A stretch of 64,000 nucleotides of DNA from Dimorphilus gyrociliatus. Taxonomy: Eukaryota > Animalia > Annelida. Under the pieces are notes generated by a model. It was not told the origin of the DNA, made no database searches, and saw only the letters and a list, made by a program, of their open reading frames with translations. The DNA lies in contig CAJFCJ010000031.1 of the NCBI GenBank assembly GCA_904063045.1, forward strand, positions 248,001 to 312,000, read 5' to 3'. The position numbers and the translations under genes are program-made. Every line of letters starts with the position of its first letter. The first letter of the stretch is position 1. Shown one piece after another: positions 50,083-61,100 of the stretch.

Positions 50083-50599
50083 ATGGCGTTCACATCTTCT
50101 CTTTTGCCCTTGATCCTTATAGTGGTAGTTTCATCGCTACCAATTAGGAATAGTCAAAAGTCTATGTTTGACGAAGTTAAGGCTAAAGTGAAGGAAGAGA
50201 TGGCCAAGAGGAATGAAACTGTGGACGATCTCATCAGAAAGCTGTGTAAGAAACGAAATATGAAAAATTGCACTGGAGTAGACGATGGTAGCAATTCCGT
50301 TAGGATCAAAGCAACATTACGCCCTGGAAAATGTATAAAAATATGCGAAGATCTACCGAATATGTTAAAAAAAGCTTGCGAACAATCGCACGATAGACCA
50401 GTTTGCGGAAAAGTTGATGAAGTATTCGAAAACCTTGGTAACCGTCGAACAAAACATTATTAAATTTTTTAATTATTGATTTAAAACTCTTTTCTTTTTC
50501 CGAATAGAAGATATCGGCCCAGAAAAGGTTGCTGATGCTGTCTCCGAAGCGTGCTGCGAATACAAGTGCTCCCTTGCACATCTTGCCTTCTTTTGCTGA
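50083..50599 (+). CDS. Atypical insulin/relaxin-superfamily peptide precursor, 148 aa, 2 exons (50083-50437, 50508-50599)
   Basis: Signal peptide of about 18 aa; B-chain-like ICEDLPNMLKKAC; 70-nt phase-1 GT-AG intron; exon 2 ends VSEACCEYKCSLAHLAFFC*, an exact A-chain CC-x3-C-x8-C motif. Confidence 0.75.
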
Positions 50600-50803
50600 T
50601 TGAACTGCAAAACTTTCTCTGCAAAATGCCAAAATGAAAATTGATATACGTCATTGTTTTTGATTGTATCATTTTTTCCTAATTATTTATTGTTCTATCG
50701 AAATGATTTACAAATGGTCTGCTTGTGTTTATTATTCTCTTACCGACTGTAAAATATACATAACTATTAAATACAGATATGCTGTATATTCCTATCAATA
50801 TAA

Positions 50804-50807
<4 letters not shown>

Positions 50808-50867
<60 letters not shown>

Positions 50868-50878
50868 TATATATATAT
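50808..50878. repeat. (TA)n microsatellite with one interruption
   Basis: About 70 bp TA run; it generates the spurious YIYI ORFs in the track. Confidence 0.95.
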
Positions 50879-51337
50879 GTACATATGCGTATATTGGCAT
50901 ATAATATTTATATTTATATACTGTATATGCAGAAATAGTCATAATAAAGCTACATTTTTCTAAGTATTAATCTAATTTGGCCAATCGAGAAAAGTAACGT
51001 ATCAGTAGATTTTTTCAACAGACACATTAAATGGACAACGACTTATTTTTCTAAAAGATTATCTTCGCATTTTCGAAAGTTTGCCACACAGCAAAATGCT
51101 CTTCTCATCTCTTTTACCAGTTTACATTTTGCAGAGTATGCCCTGAACCAAATTTGGCCGTCCTTTGACGGATGAAAAAAGGATCTCAATTTTCTATAAC
51201 ACTATCTTTTTTGGAAGTGTAACAAGCACAGCAAATATCATATGGGCATAATCGGCCTAAAATATATGATAATCTTTACAAAATTGATTTTATAGGTGAA
51301 TAATATTCCCTACTGGAATATCGTTCAGATAACTTCA

Positions 51338-53233
51338 ATGAATGCTCGATCTCTTGCTAAAAGGGAATTTGCAAGAGAGGAAAGTTCAAGTTCATCTGCA
51401 ACCGAAGATGAAGACGATGGAGATGTGTTGGGATTTAATAAGACTGTGGAGAGTTTACGTCAAAGTATTGAATATCTTTTAAAGGAAGATGACATGTTTT
51501 CAAGAGGATATTATCGAACATTAAAAAATGTGCAATCTCACACCAGATACCGACCAGGAGTAGTCATCGGCCAAGAACTAGTCAAAAAGCTCGTGACCTT
51601 CAAGATCGGTAATGTCCTAGTTAGAATACTGAGGAGCACTGAAAGTATTAATATCTTGGAGGAGGAAAATGCAATCGCTTTCAAAATTGTACGGGAGATT
51701 CTCTCGTGTATATGGAATTGTACGCATAAATCTCGACAAATGTGCGAGGATCTAATCGGCTCAACGGTGACTTTAACCTTATGCGAAAAGCTGAATGTTT
51801 TGATAAAAAATTTCACAGTTTGCCTCGTTCGGGAGAGCTCTACTCAGAATGTTGAAGATAGAACTCAAAAAGTGTATAAAACGCAATACCTTTGCAAAGC
51901 GTACCTCAGTATCCTCCATAACGTTGCAAGGCAATGTGCGGACATAGGAAGTTTTATCAAGATTGATTGTCTACGAAAGTTATCCACGTTGGACCTTCAT
52001 AAATTGATTAAAGCAAAAGTCTGCATATTGCTAGCGTACGTAACCACTGGTAACGATTGTAATTATTTAATAATTTCTTCGGACGTTATAGAATTTTTAT
52101 TGCAAATATTGGAGAGAGCTATTAAGATGGAGAACTTTTTCGATCAAGATACCCATTTCGAAGCCTACGAGATTGTAGCTGCTATCAACCGTTTAGCTAT
52201 AAATGATGTCAACAAAGAATTACTTGGAGAAAGTGGAGCTATCGAACTCTATTTGGCCATGCTAAGTGATGGTGGAGCTGAGAATCAACGAGTCGCCGCT
52301 GCCGGTTTATGGATTTTGGCTTTTAATAGACAAAATCGTGTCCGCATGAGATCAAATGATTTATGTGTGAAAATGTTAAGAAAATTGGCTGTTTCTGGCT
52401 GCGACGAAGGGATTCGAAGATCCGCCCGGGCCGCTGAGTTCGTCTTGCGTTTTGAGGCTCCTGAACCTATTCGTACTTTTAGTGAAAATGCTCCGCACGT
52501 TATGTTAAGTTATAATCATTCTACTCAACCAACTATGTTAAAACTATATAAGTTCTTGCAAAAGAAGGGCTTTAATGTTTGGATGGACGTGGATCACATG
52601 CGTGGATCGACATTGGACGCTATGGCTCTTGCCGTAGAAAGATCAGCAGTAATCATTATTGGCGTATGTAAACGATATCAAGATAGCGCTAGTTGTAGAA
52701 CTGAGGGCGATTATGCCTATCAACTTCGCAAAGCGATAATTCCAGTTAATCTCGAAAAGGGCTTTGTCCCTACTGGCTGGCTTGGATGCCTTTTGGGTAC
52801 GAAATTGGCTTACGACTTATGGGACGAAACTCGTCTCGAAGAACAAATGAACCGTGTTGTGTTCGATTTAGGGGAAAGAGGACGTTTGCCACCCCTCGAA
52901 CAAGCACCACCTGTCCGTATATCTACTATGCGTGAACCAAATCCGAATTCTACCGGATCTGCTATTGTTGCCGCCCATTTGGGTGTGCCTCGTGATGATT
53001 GTACTCGGGTAGCCGAGGAATGGACGACAGAGCAGACTAGAGCTTGGCTCGAACGTAATAATATTCCGGCTACTGGATTTTTGGAAAGTTTGGATGGTAA
53101 ATTATTGGTACAGCTTCGAAAAATGTATCAGGCTGCCCCTGAATGCTTTTATCGAGCTTTAAAAAGCGACCTAGACTACGATGTTGTGGCCGCTCTAAGA
53201 TTGGCAAACATGTTGGATAGCATAAATCTATAA
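51338..53233 (+). CDS. Armadillo-repeat, TIR (TIR_2-type) and C-terminal SAM-like protein, single coding exon (frame open from splice acceptor at 51296)
   Basis: ARM-like AINRLAINDVNKELLGESGAI...QRVAAAGLWILAF; TIR HVMLSYNH...GFNVWMDVDHMRGSTLDAMALAVERS...SASCRTEGDYA...IIPV...GWLG; SAM-like EEWTTEQTRAWL...LDGKLLVQL. Confidence 0.85.
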   Translation: MNARSLAKREFAREESSSSSATEDEDDGDVLGFNKTVESLRQSIEYLLKEDDMFSRGYYRTLKNVQSHTRYRPGVVIGQELVKKLVTFKIGNVLVRILRSTESINILEEENAIAFKIVREILSCIWNCTHKSRQMCEDLIGSTVTLTLCEKLNVLIKNFTVCLVRESSTQNVEDRTQKVYKTQYLCKAYLSILHNVARQCADIGSFIKIDCLRKLSTLDLHKLIKAKVCILLAYVTTGNDCNYLIISSDVIEFLLQILERAIKMENFFDQDTHFEAYEIVAAINRLAINDVNKELLGESGAIELYLAMLSDGGAENQRVAAAGLWILAFNRQNRVRMRSNDLCVKMLRKLAVSGCDEGIRRSARAAEFVLRFEAPEPIRTFSENAPHVMLSYNHSTQPTMLKLYKFLQKKGFNVWMDVDHMRGSTLDAMALAVERSAVIIIGVCKRYQDSASCRTEGDYAYQLRKAIIPVNLEKGFVPTGWLGCLLGTKLAYDLWDETRLEEQMNRVVFDLGERGRLPPLEQAPPVRISTMREPNPNSTGSAIVAAHLGVPRDDCTRVAEEWTTEQTRAWLERNNIPATGFLESLDGKLLVQLRKMYQAAPECFYRALKSDLDYDVVAALRLANMLDSINL

Positions 53234-53657
53234 GGTGTATTATTATTTTTTGTATTTGAATGTAAGTTAATTATAAAGTTAATGCTCAACCGTTCATTTG
53301 GAAGTTGTATTTCCTTTCTTTATGACTGGCGAGTTAAGAATTGCATATTTTTTGTGACTTACTTGTTTAAGGTAATCGTTACTGCTTTATGAAGCTTGTT
53401 TACTGATCTGTACTTTGTAAGTTTTGTAAAACAGAGAAAGCGATTAAAAAAAATGAAAATAATAAACTGAGATTTATCTCTGTAAGAAACGTAATTTGAA
53501 TTTTCTTTATTGTTCTTTTGAGTAGGCTAAAGTTTGAAGGAAAATACACATACGCAGATTGGCTATGCGGATTTTTTACTCAGTCAGACGCCGAGTTGTT
53601 TTTTACGCAGAACAAATTTTTTTAAATAAGTTTAATTTGGCCTTAACAGCACCCTCT

Positions 53658-53698
53658 TCTCTCTCTCTCTCTCTCTCTCGCTCTCTCTCCCGCTCTCT
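53658..53698. repeat. (CT)n microsatellite (GAGA-type) upstream of innexin A
   Basis: ctctctct... run with a few interruptions. Confidence 0.85.
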
Positions 53699-53932
53699 TT
53701 CTACCCACTCACTTAAAGTTGACCGACTCAACTTAAACAAACAACTGTATTGTGAACAATAGGAAGATTTCGTCTTCTTCTCTTTGTAGATATATGCAGG
53801 GGGTATAGAGGTAGAGGCGGAGAAAGAGTCTCGATTTAAGTTGTCTAATTAAGGCCTATTTGTATTATTACAATTACTTTTGATGATAATTAAAGCATTT
53901 TGGAGAGAACTTTTCAAACTGGAATAAGAATA

Positions 53933-55138
53933 ATGGATAAAGTCTTAGAAGTTGTTGAAGGTTTTCATCCAGACCTAAAGGATGACGATAGCGTCGATAG
54001 GTTGAATAGCCGATGGACTGTTATTATTCTTATGATATTTTGCGTTGTTGTAGCTGGTGAAACTTACGTTGGAACGCCCATCAAATGCTGGGCTCCTCAA
54101 CACTTTACCGACTCTCATGAGAAGTATATGAATAACTTTTGCTGGGTGAAAAACACCTATTATTATCCAATGCAAACTGACTTACCGTTGATAAGCGAAG
54201 GTGATGAGGGGAAACATTTTATACCATACTATCAATGGATACCGTTTATATTGTTAATTCAAGCTGTACTTTTCTATTTCCCGTCGGTTATATGGCGATC
54301 GTTTAATCAATCGGCTGGAATCGATGCTGATAACATTCTAAAAGCGGCTTTCGATCTTGAAAAGGTTATTGAACAGGATATTAGGGAAAATAGCCTCGGA
54401 GTTATAGTTCAACTCATGCATCGCTATTTAATAAGTCGGAGTAAGAATCGCAAAGTATTCTTTATATGCTCCCGACGTTATGGTTGTTATTTACTAGTGC
54501 TGTACCTTTTTTCAAAGCTTCTCTATTTAACAAACGTTACTATACAATTCCTATCATTGTCCTACATCCTTGGTACCAGCTATGGAATTTACGGAATTCG
54601 GGCAATATACGAATTCAGATCATTAACAACACCGTCAAATCCCACTTTTCCTAGGGTAACAATGTGCGACTTTAGGACTAGACGATTAGGTAATGTTCAC
54701 CGTTATACAGTTCAGTGTTGTCTTCCTATAAACATGTATAATGAAAAAGTCTACGTTTTCCTTTGGTTTTGGTTCCTTTTCGTTGCCTTATTAACGACTT
54801 TGAATCTTTTACTATGGATTGTTAGAAGTTTGTGGTACGGGGGTAAAGTAAATTACATATTTAATCATCTATCGAAGGACGACAGAGAAAGTCTAGAAAA
54901 TACTGGCAATAGTAAAAGATTACAGAAATTCGTTACTCGCTATTTAAGAAGCGACGGAGTGTTTCTTATTCGATTGATAAATCACAATATGAGTAAAAGA
55001 ACAACCGATGAGATAACTTCAATGCTATTTAATTTATGGACTCAAGAATTTAATGATACTATTATCAATGGCAATTCAATGTTTGGAGAAGATCAACCTG
55101 ATAATCAATTATTCGACGATGAACCCGTTAACTTGTAA
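53933..55138 (+). CDS. Innexin (gap-junction protein) A, single coding exon
   Basis: DDDSVDRLN, G.PI.CW.P..F, YYQW, FPRVTMCDF, CCLPINMYNEK, FLWFWF; four hydrophobic segments. First ATG at 53933 (the track starts at a TTG). Confidence 0.95.
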   Translation: MDKVLEVVEGFHPDLKDDDSVDRLNSRWTVIILMIFCVVVAGETYVGTPIKCWAPQHFTDSHEKYMNNFCWVKNTYYYPMQTDLPLISEGDEGKHFIPYYQWIPFILLIQAVLFYFPSVIWRSFNQSAGIDADNILKAAFDLEKVIEQDIRENSLGVIVQLMHRYLISRSKNRKVFFICSRRYGCYLLVLYLFSKLLYLTNVTIQFLSLSYILGTSYGIYGIRAIYEFRSLTTPSNPTFPRVTMCDFRTRRLGNVHRYTVQCCLPINMYNEKVYVFLWFWFLFVALLTTLNLLLWIVRSLWYGGKVNYIFNHLSKDDRESLENTGNSKRLQKFVTRYLRSDGVFLIRLINHNMSKRTTDEITSMLFNLWTQEFNDTIINGNSMFGEDQPDNQLFDDEPVNL

Positions 55139-56570
55139 ATAACAATTGCTGTTTAAATAATAAGAAGTACGTACCAGATACGAAGACTATAGAACATTTT
55201 AATATTTATAAATAGAACAAAAAGGAAAAAAAAAGAGAACGAGCTTAAAATACAATGATGAAACTATTTTTCTCTCAGATTTTAATTTAATTAGTAGACA
55301 CTTGAAGAAGTTTTTTCTGCAAGTGAAATTTAAGAACTTCCCAAAGACAAAAGGTTTAAGAGTGTATCGTCTATATTTATCTTTAAAATTATAACAAAAG
55401 ACAGAATGAAAAATTAAGAAATGAAAGAGGATAAAGTTGAGGATAGTATAAGAAAACGAGGAGGGAGGGGAAGAGGGAGGGTGAGAGTTAACTTATCTCT
55501 GCTGCACATATCTTGTAGGCGGCCTTCTTTATTTAAATATTAGTTTTAAATAAAAACTAACTTCCTATTGGAATATATATTTAGTAAGTGGGCGAGAGAG
55601 AAGAGAGAAAATGATATTACTATTGGCTAAAAGAAGAATAGATAGTCGTATATAGAGAGATAGTAAATGCGTATACTCTCAACTCTCGCTCACTCGAAGC
55701 GCATAATTTTATACATATTGTTCTGGAATCTTTTTTCGACCCTTATTTGGGTTGCACTTTTTGGTGCCTGTCGTCTGCTAACCCAAATTTTGAACTTCCC
55801 TTGCACTTTCTTTGTTCAGAACCCAAAAAAAAACTTTATCATACGAACAGCGCTGCGTAATATCTACTCTGGCCGTTTCATCATTTGACATTCAAGCGCC
55901 GACCTCTGCGATAGGTAAGTCTAAAACAAAAAAAAAAGTCTAATCGAACTTTTCTCTCCGCACTCTATTCTTAACGATCTTTATTTTCGGCACTACTCTT
56001 AGGCTCGTAGTAAAATCTATTATTCAGGTATTATAAAACGCCCTTATTTAACTGCTAAATCAAAAGCAAATTCCTTCTATTGGATAAAGTTCTACGATTA
56101 TTCATCGAACAGGTAAAACATTCTATAGGAAGAAATCGTGGTATAAGGAATGGAAGAGCATGTGTATTTTTTATTGAACTAATGGCGTCCGTGCAATTCT
56201 GATTTTAGTAATATTATTAATATAAACATATATATATATATATAAATTATATATCATTTATAGCTAAGTGCGATATAGAATGTTTTATTATCGACAATTT
56301 TTTTATAAACTTAAACTGATAAATAGAGAATGTTCGATTTAAATAAAATGTAAATAGTAATAATAATTCACTAGATATTGACAAGTGCACGTATCTCTAA
56401 AACTATTAGATAAGAACGCTGGCCTTTTTTTCTCTTTGCGCACGTGTTTATTTACATTAAAAAAAAATTTAAATGAACTTTGCATAAACTCTAAAGTCAA
56501 CGTTTCTTTCTTTTTTTAATATTATTTTAAATATTCTCATTGACAGTCTCGTTCAGCAAGGTCTAGGACT

Positions 56571-57785
56571 ATGGATAAGATTGTTAAAGTTGTTAAAGGA
56601 GCCTCTAAGGGTGATAATGTGAAAAGAGATGACGATTGGGCTGATCGTTTAAGCTCTAGATATACTGTAGCGATAATTGTAGCATTTGCAATTATCGTAT
56701 CAGGCCAACAGTATTTTATTGGGAAACCCCTTAACTGTTGGGAGCCGAAACATTTCACCGGAAGTCATAAGAAGTATATGAATTCTTATTGCTGGGTTAA
56801 AAATACTTATTATCTTCCATTTGATGATTATATACCGAGAGAGCATGAAAATGAAAAAAGAAGAGTATTACCCTATTATCAATGGATACCTTTTATATTG
56901 CTAGGACAGGCTTTGTTCTTCTATATACCATCCTTCGTTTGGCATGGATTAAACGATCGTGCCGGAGTGGATTCGGATGATATTCTCAAAACTGCTCACA
57001 AAATTGCAGATATGAAAGAAAAGAAGAAACGAGAGGAGACCTTAACGTTCTTGTCTAAACAGATACATCGCTTCCTGACAGCTACAAGTGCCAGGAAAGG
57101 AGAAAATAATTCGACCTTGAACAAAATCAAATCTGCTGTGTGTTCCAGACGTTTTTCAGGCTATCTCTTAATGATATTCCTCTTTTCGAAAGTTTTATAC
57201 GCCGCAAATGTAATTATTCAATTACTCGTTTTAAATAAAATATTAGGAACGAAGTATGGAGCGTTTGGAATCGATTTCCTTAAAGGAAAAGAGCATGCAG
57301 ACCATTGGATGAGCTCAGCCAGTCATACCTTTCCTACGGTTACTATGTGCGACTTTTTCGTCAGGCGTTTGGGAAACGTCCATCGCTATTCTGTTCAATG
57401 CGTACTCCCTATTAATATGTATAATGAGAAAATCTATGTCTTTTTATGGTTCTGGTTTATGATGGTTGCTGTTATAACCGTGTTGAACTTTTTAACCTGG
57501 CTGATAAGATCTATCTTACCGAGTGATAAGTTACGCTACATTAAAAATCACTTGGCAACAGCCAGATTTCAAGGAGAGCTCGCCGATGAAAAGATTAAAT
57601 ATTTTGTTACTAAATATCTGAGAAGCGACGGTATCTTTTTGATTCGTCTTATCGGTCATAATTGTAATTTTATAACGACAAACGATATTACTGCCGCACT
57701 ATGGAAAGAACATATACAGAATTTACCACCGGAAGAAAAAAGTAATGGACAAGATCAACTTATAAAGGATACAGAAGATGTTTAG
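56571..57785 (+). CDS. Innexin B, single coding exon; tandem paralogue of innexin A
   Basis: DDDWADRLS, GKPLNCWEPKHF, YCWVKNTY, YYQWIPFIL, FPTVTMCDF, CVLPINMYNEKIY, YLRSDGIFLIRLI. Confidence 0.96.
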   Translation: MDKIVKVVKGASKGDNVKRDDDWADRLSSRYTVAIIVAFAIIVSGQQYFIGKPLNCWEPKHFTGSHKKYMNSYCWVKNTYYLPFDDYIPREHENEKRRVLPYYQWIPFILLGQALFFYIPSFVWHGLNDRAGVDSDDILKTAHKIADMKEKKKREETLTFLSKQIHRFLTATSARKGENNSTLNKIKSAVCSRRFSGYLLMIFLFSKVLYAANVIIQLLVLNKILGTKYGAFGIDFLKGKEHADHWMSSASHTFPTVTMCDFFVRRLGNVHRYSVQCVLPINMYNEKIYVFLWFWFMMVAVITVLNFLTWLIRSILPSDKLRYIKNHLATARFQGELADEKIKYFVTKYLRSDGIFLIRLIGHNCNFITTNDITAALWKEHIQNLPPEEKSNGQDQLIKDTEDV

Positions 57786-58183
57786 GATTAAGATTTGTTA
57801 GTTAAAAGTTATCTTTTTTTATTTTTACTAAAAATAATAAATAATTAATATACACATTTATATAAAAAAAAGAGAATATTAATATAAACATTTGTATGAA
57901 TGTTAAGATTGTGTAAGCTTATAAGTTTATCTGTATGCCTGAACTGCATATATGTATATATATATATAGAATTCTATATATAGATATAGATAAAAAAAAG
58001 TTGTTATTTTTAAAATTTTATACAATCGTATTCCAATATGATTTCCATTTATGACTAGAAATACATCGTTTTTTTTTGTAAAGACTTGCATAGCAAGACA
58101 CTTCCAAGAAAAAAATTTTTTTATTGCATTTTTTTTTTTTTTGCTGTATGAAATATACAAGCATGAAGCAAGCACGTTGGCGT

Positions 58184-61100
58184 CTAGAAGACGGCTTCGG
58201 CGGAACGAGTTAAATGAACTGGGTGTGAGGGACTACGGGCTAGTCTCTTCTTAGGCAAATGCTTTAATATTGCAAGTACTTCATTATAATTAGGCCGATT
58301 CGATGGGTCAAACTTCCAACAACTCATTATTAAATCTTTTGCGTCTTTAGACGCATTTACGTGCGTTAGTGGTTGTTTTATTCCGTTTCCTGCTTGCCAG
58401 ATTATGGCTTCGGCTGGTTGTTTGTTAAAAGGCCATTCAGAGCAGACTAACTCATACCAAACGGTACTGTAAATAGAAACAAACATCTCCTCTGAAAAGG
58501 TGTAAAAAGAAATATTGAATTTGATTACTTACCCAAAGGCGAACATATCGGAAGCGAATGAAAAAGGCATATTAGGCGCTTTCGGTTGTTGACGTCCAAC
58601 ATATAAGGATCTGAGCAATTCAGGAGCTAAATAACATAACCAGGAGGCGTCTCCTAAGCGCCTATTCTTATAAGTATTACATAATTTTGTTAAGCTGAGT
58701 AGTCCAAAATCCGAAATAACTATCTTATTGCCGACAATAAAGATATTCTTGCTTTTCAAGTCCTTATGTACAATTTGTTTTGCATGCAAATATCCCAGTC
58801 CCTGTATAATTTGGGTAGCGAATTGTATAGCTTTACTCATTTGTACTTTACTTTTACTCTCGTGAATACTTTTGTAAAGGGTATCCCCTTTACAATAACT
58901 CATCACGATGGCGAGTCGAGGGGGTTTCATGCAAGCTCCTTGGAAGAGTACAAGATTATCATGACGGGTTTTTCTAAGTGTGGACACTTCCAACTTGAAG
59001 GCTCTTAATTGCTCATCTTCGTCTAGCTCTTTATCTATATCAAGTGCTTTAATGGCTACCTCTCCATGCCATTTCCCCTTCCAAACACTGCCGAATCGTC
59101 CTTCTCCAATCTTATCTCCCCAAATTAAATCTTCTATTGGAATGTCCCATTCTTTTAGAGCAACTGATATCTATATGTTAGAAATTAAATAAAAGATAAG
59201 ACTTAACATACTAATATCAATAATCATCAATTTGAAATAGTAAATTTATCGAATACTGTTATTTTATCTGTTCTCTTTAATTGAAATAATAAAAAAACTT
59301 ACACTATTCACTCGACTGAGACCATGACCGGTTTCCTCTGAACTCTCAATCGAATCGAATCTCTCAATATTAGATGCTTTATCCGAGGCACTATCAATAA
59401 GTGTTACATCACTCTTATCGCTATCGTTCGATGTACAAGTATTAATAATGTCTTCGTTTTCATCAATACAATTTGAATTAGAATTTTCAGATACAGAATT
59501 AATTTGGTTAGAATGACCGGAATTGCTAAGAACCACCATGGTTGAAGCCTCATTTGTTACAGCTGAAACTGTTGTGCTACTTGACGAAGTGCTAGCAGTA
59601 GAAGGAGACGATGGCCTATAGTCCATCGGCTTTGAACGAAGTATCGCTTGATCTGGAAAAGAAAAAGCTTCGACTGACCCATTCTCGGAAGTTATATGCA
59701 CTCTTGGCGATGGTTGGGCCGTCGAAGACGGAGTATTTGGTACGCTGGCGCTAGGCATAAATGTCGCGGGCGAGGAAGAAGAAGACGAATTGCACGAAGA
59801 AGCCATGGAGACCGTTTCGGCCATTTGAACCGCTTCATTAGACATCGAAGGGTAACCCATGCGTCTTGAAACCGAAGGCGAATCCATACTACTATTTGTC
59901 TCAAGGAAAAAGTCAAGATACTGATCAGGTAGACCACAGGAACGAGGGGGTGTCTTTGCCGCGCACTCGCTATGAAATTTCTGTTTACAATGTTTGCATA
60001 TTTTCCCAAGGGCTACCATCTTTCTTGAGCAATGATCGCAATTATCTCCCAAGAAGAACTTTTTTTGAAACCTGATAACGGTTATAAAATGAATATAAGA
60101 TAATCAACGACCACTTAATTAATCTTAAATTAACAATTCTGGAGGTGTTAAAAAAAAAAAAAAATAATAATGATAAAGATAAAAAAGTAAGATGTAGCAA
60201 AATAGAAAGAGAAGAGTGTGTTAAAATATTTGTTAACTAATCTTCCGTATCAATAAAAAGGATCTGACACCTGTCGCTTATTTAAACAAGATAAATCTTT
60301 ACCAGTAATTCTTCTTTTTTCATCAGGCTCAACTGCAATAGGCTTAAAGAAAACGCAAACAACTGTCAACTGATACGATAAAAACTCGCTATATTAACAA
60401 CCGCCGTAAACAATTATTAGTAATTAGCAATAAATGTACTTACATATGAGTGATTGAGTGCTTCATGCTCCTACGAGGTGTTACATTGATATTCTTTGGA
60501 CTTGTAGGCGCAGGCAATTGGTTCTCTGCAATAAATAACAGATTATAATTGGTATTAATATATTATAAATAGATCTATTAAGTGTATTAATTCATATAGA
60601 TATAAATATGCATCTCCCACATATTAAAAGACTTAAATATTGATTAAATATTGATCTTTCTAATCAAATCATGATGACAATTTATTTTTATTCTATAAAA
60701 TGGTATTGTCATAGAGTGATATTTCCAAGAGTAAGAGAGGGAGAAAAGAGTGAGATAGTATATAGTCTTTTCCAATTTCTTGATTATTAGATCTATTCCC
60801 TATATTAGTTAGATTAGATGGTAATAAAAGTAATATCTAACCTGAAGCCATCCTTTGTAATGTTTCCGGGTCGCCTGCCGATCTTCTTCTCGGCGTTTGC
60901 GGAATTTTACCGTTAATCGACAAGTTGGGCATTGGTTTTTGATTCTTTGACCGATTAGCTTCAGTGTCTAAATGGTGATTAGCCACGCGGGCTGCCAACT
61001 GCGACTCGTAGCTTCTAGATATATGAAGTGGAGGTGGAAAATTGCCCTCAGTTGGATAAATTGTTAAACGTTTATGAGGTGGAGGAGTAGCATTCTTTGC

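Noticed and set aside
51296-53233. Horizontal transfer or bacterial contamination as the origin of the intronless TIR gene
   Set aside because: It is embedded among spliced animal genes, is preceded by a canonical acceptor (TTTTATAG at 51295), and has eukaryote-type ARM repeats. TIR_2 proteins are widespread in invertebrates.
53900-53932. TTG start for innexin A
   Set aside because: The in-frame ATG at 53933 gives MDKV, matching the MDKI start of the paralogue.
59040-59070. KSR retains the catalytic Lys (VAIK) rather than the Arg of mammalian KSR
   Set aside because: Expected: invertebrate KSRs such as fly and nematode also have Lys here.
60303-60342. Cryptic 30- or 40-nt exon in a long KSR intron (AG...GTAAAG, minus strand)
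   Set aside because: Every phase-compatible inclusion introduces a TGA or a frameshift. It could be a poison exon, but nothing in the sequence supports this over chance.
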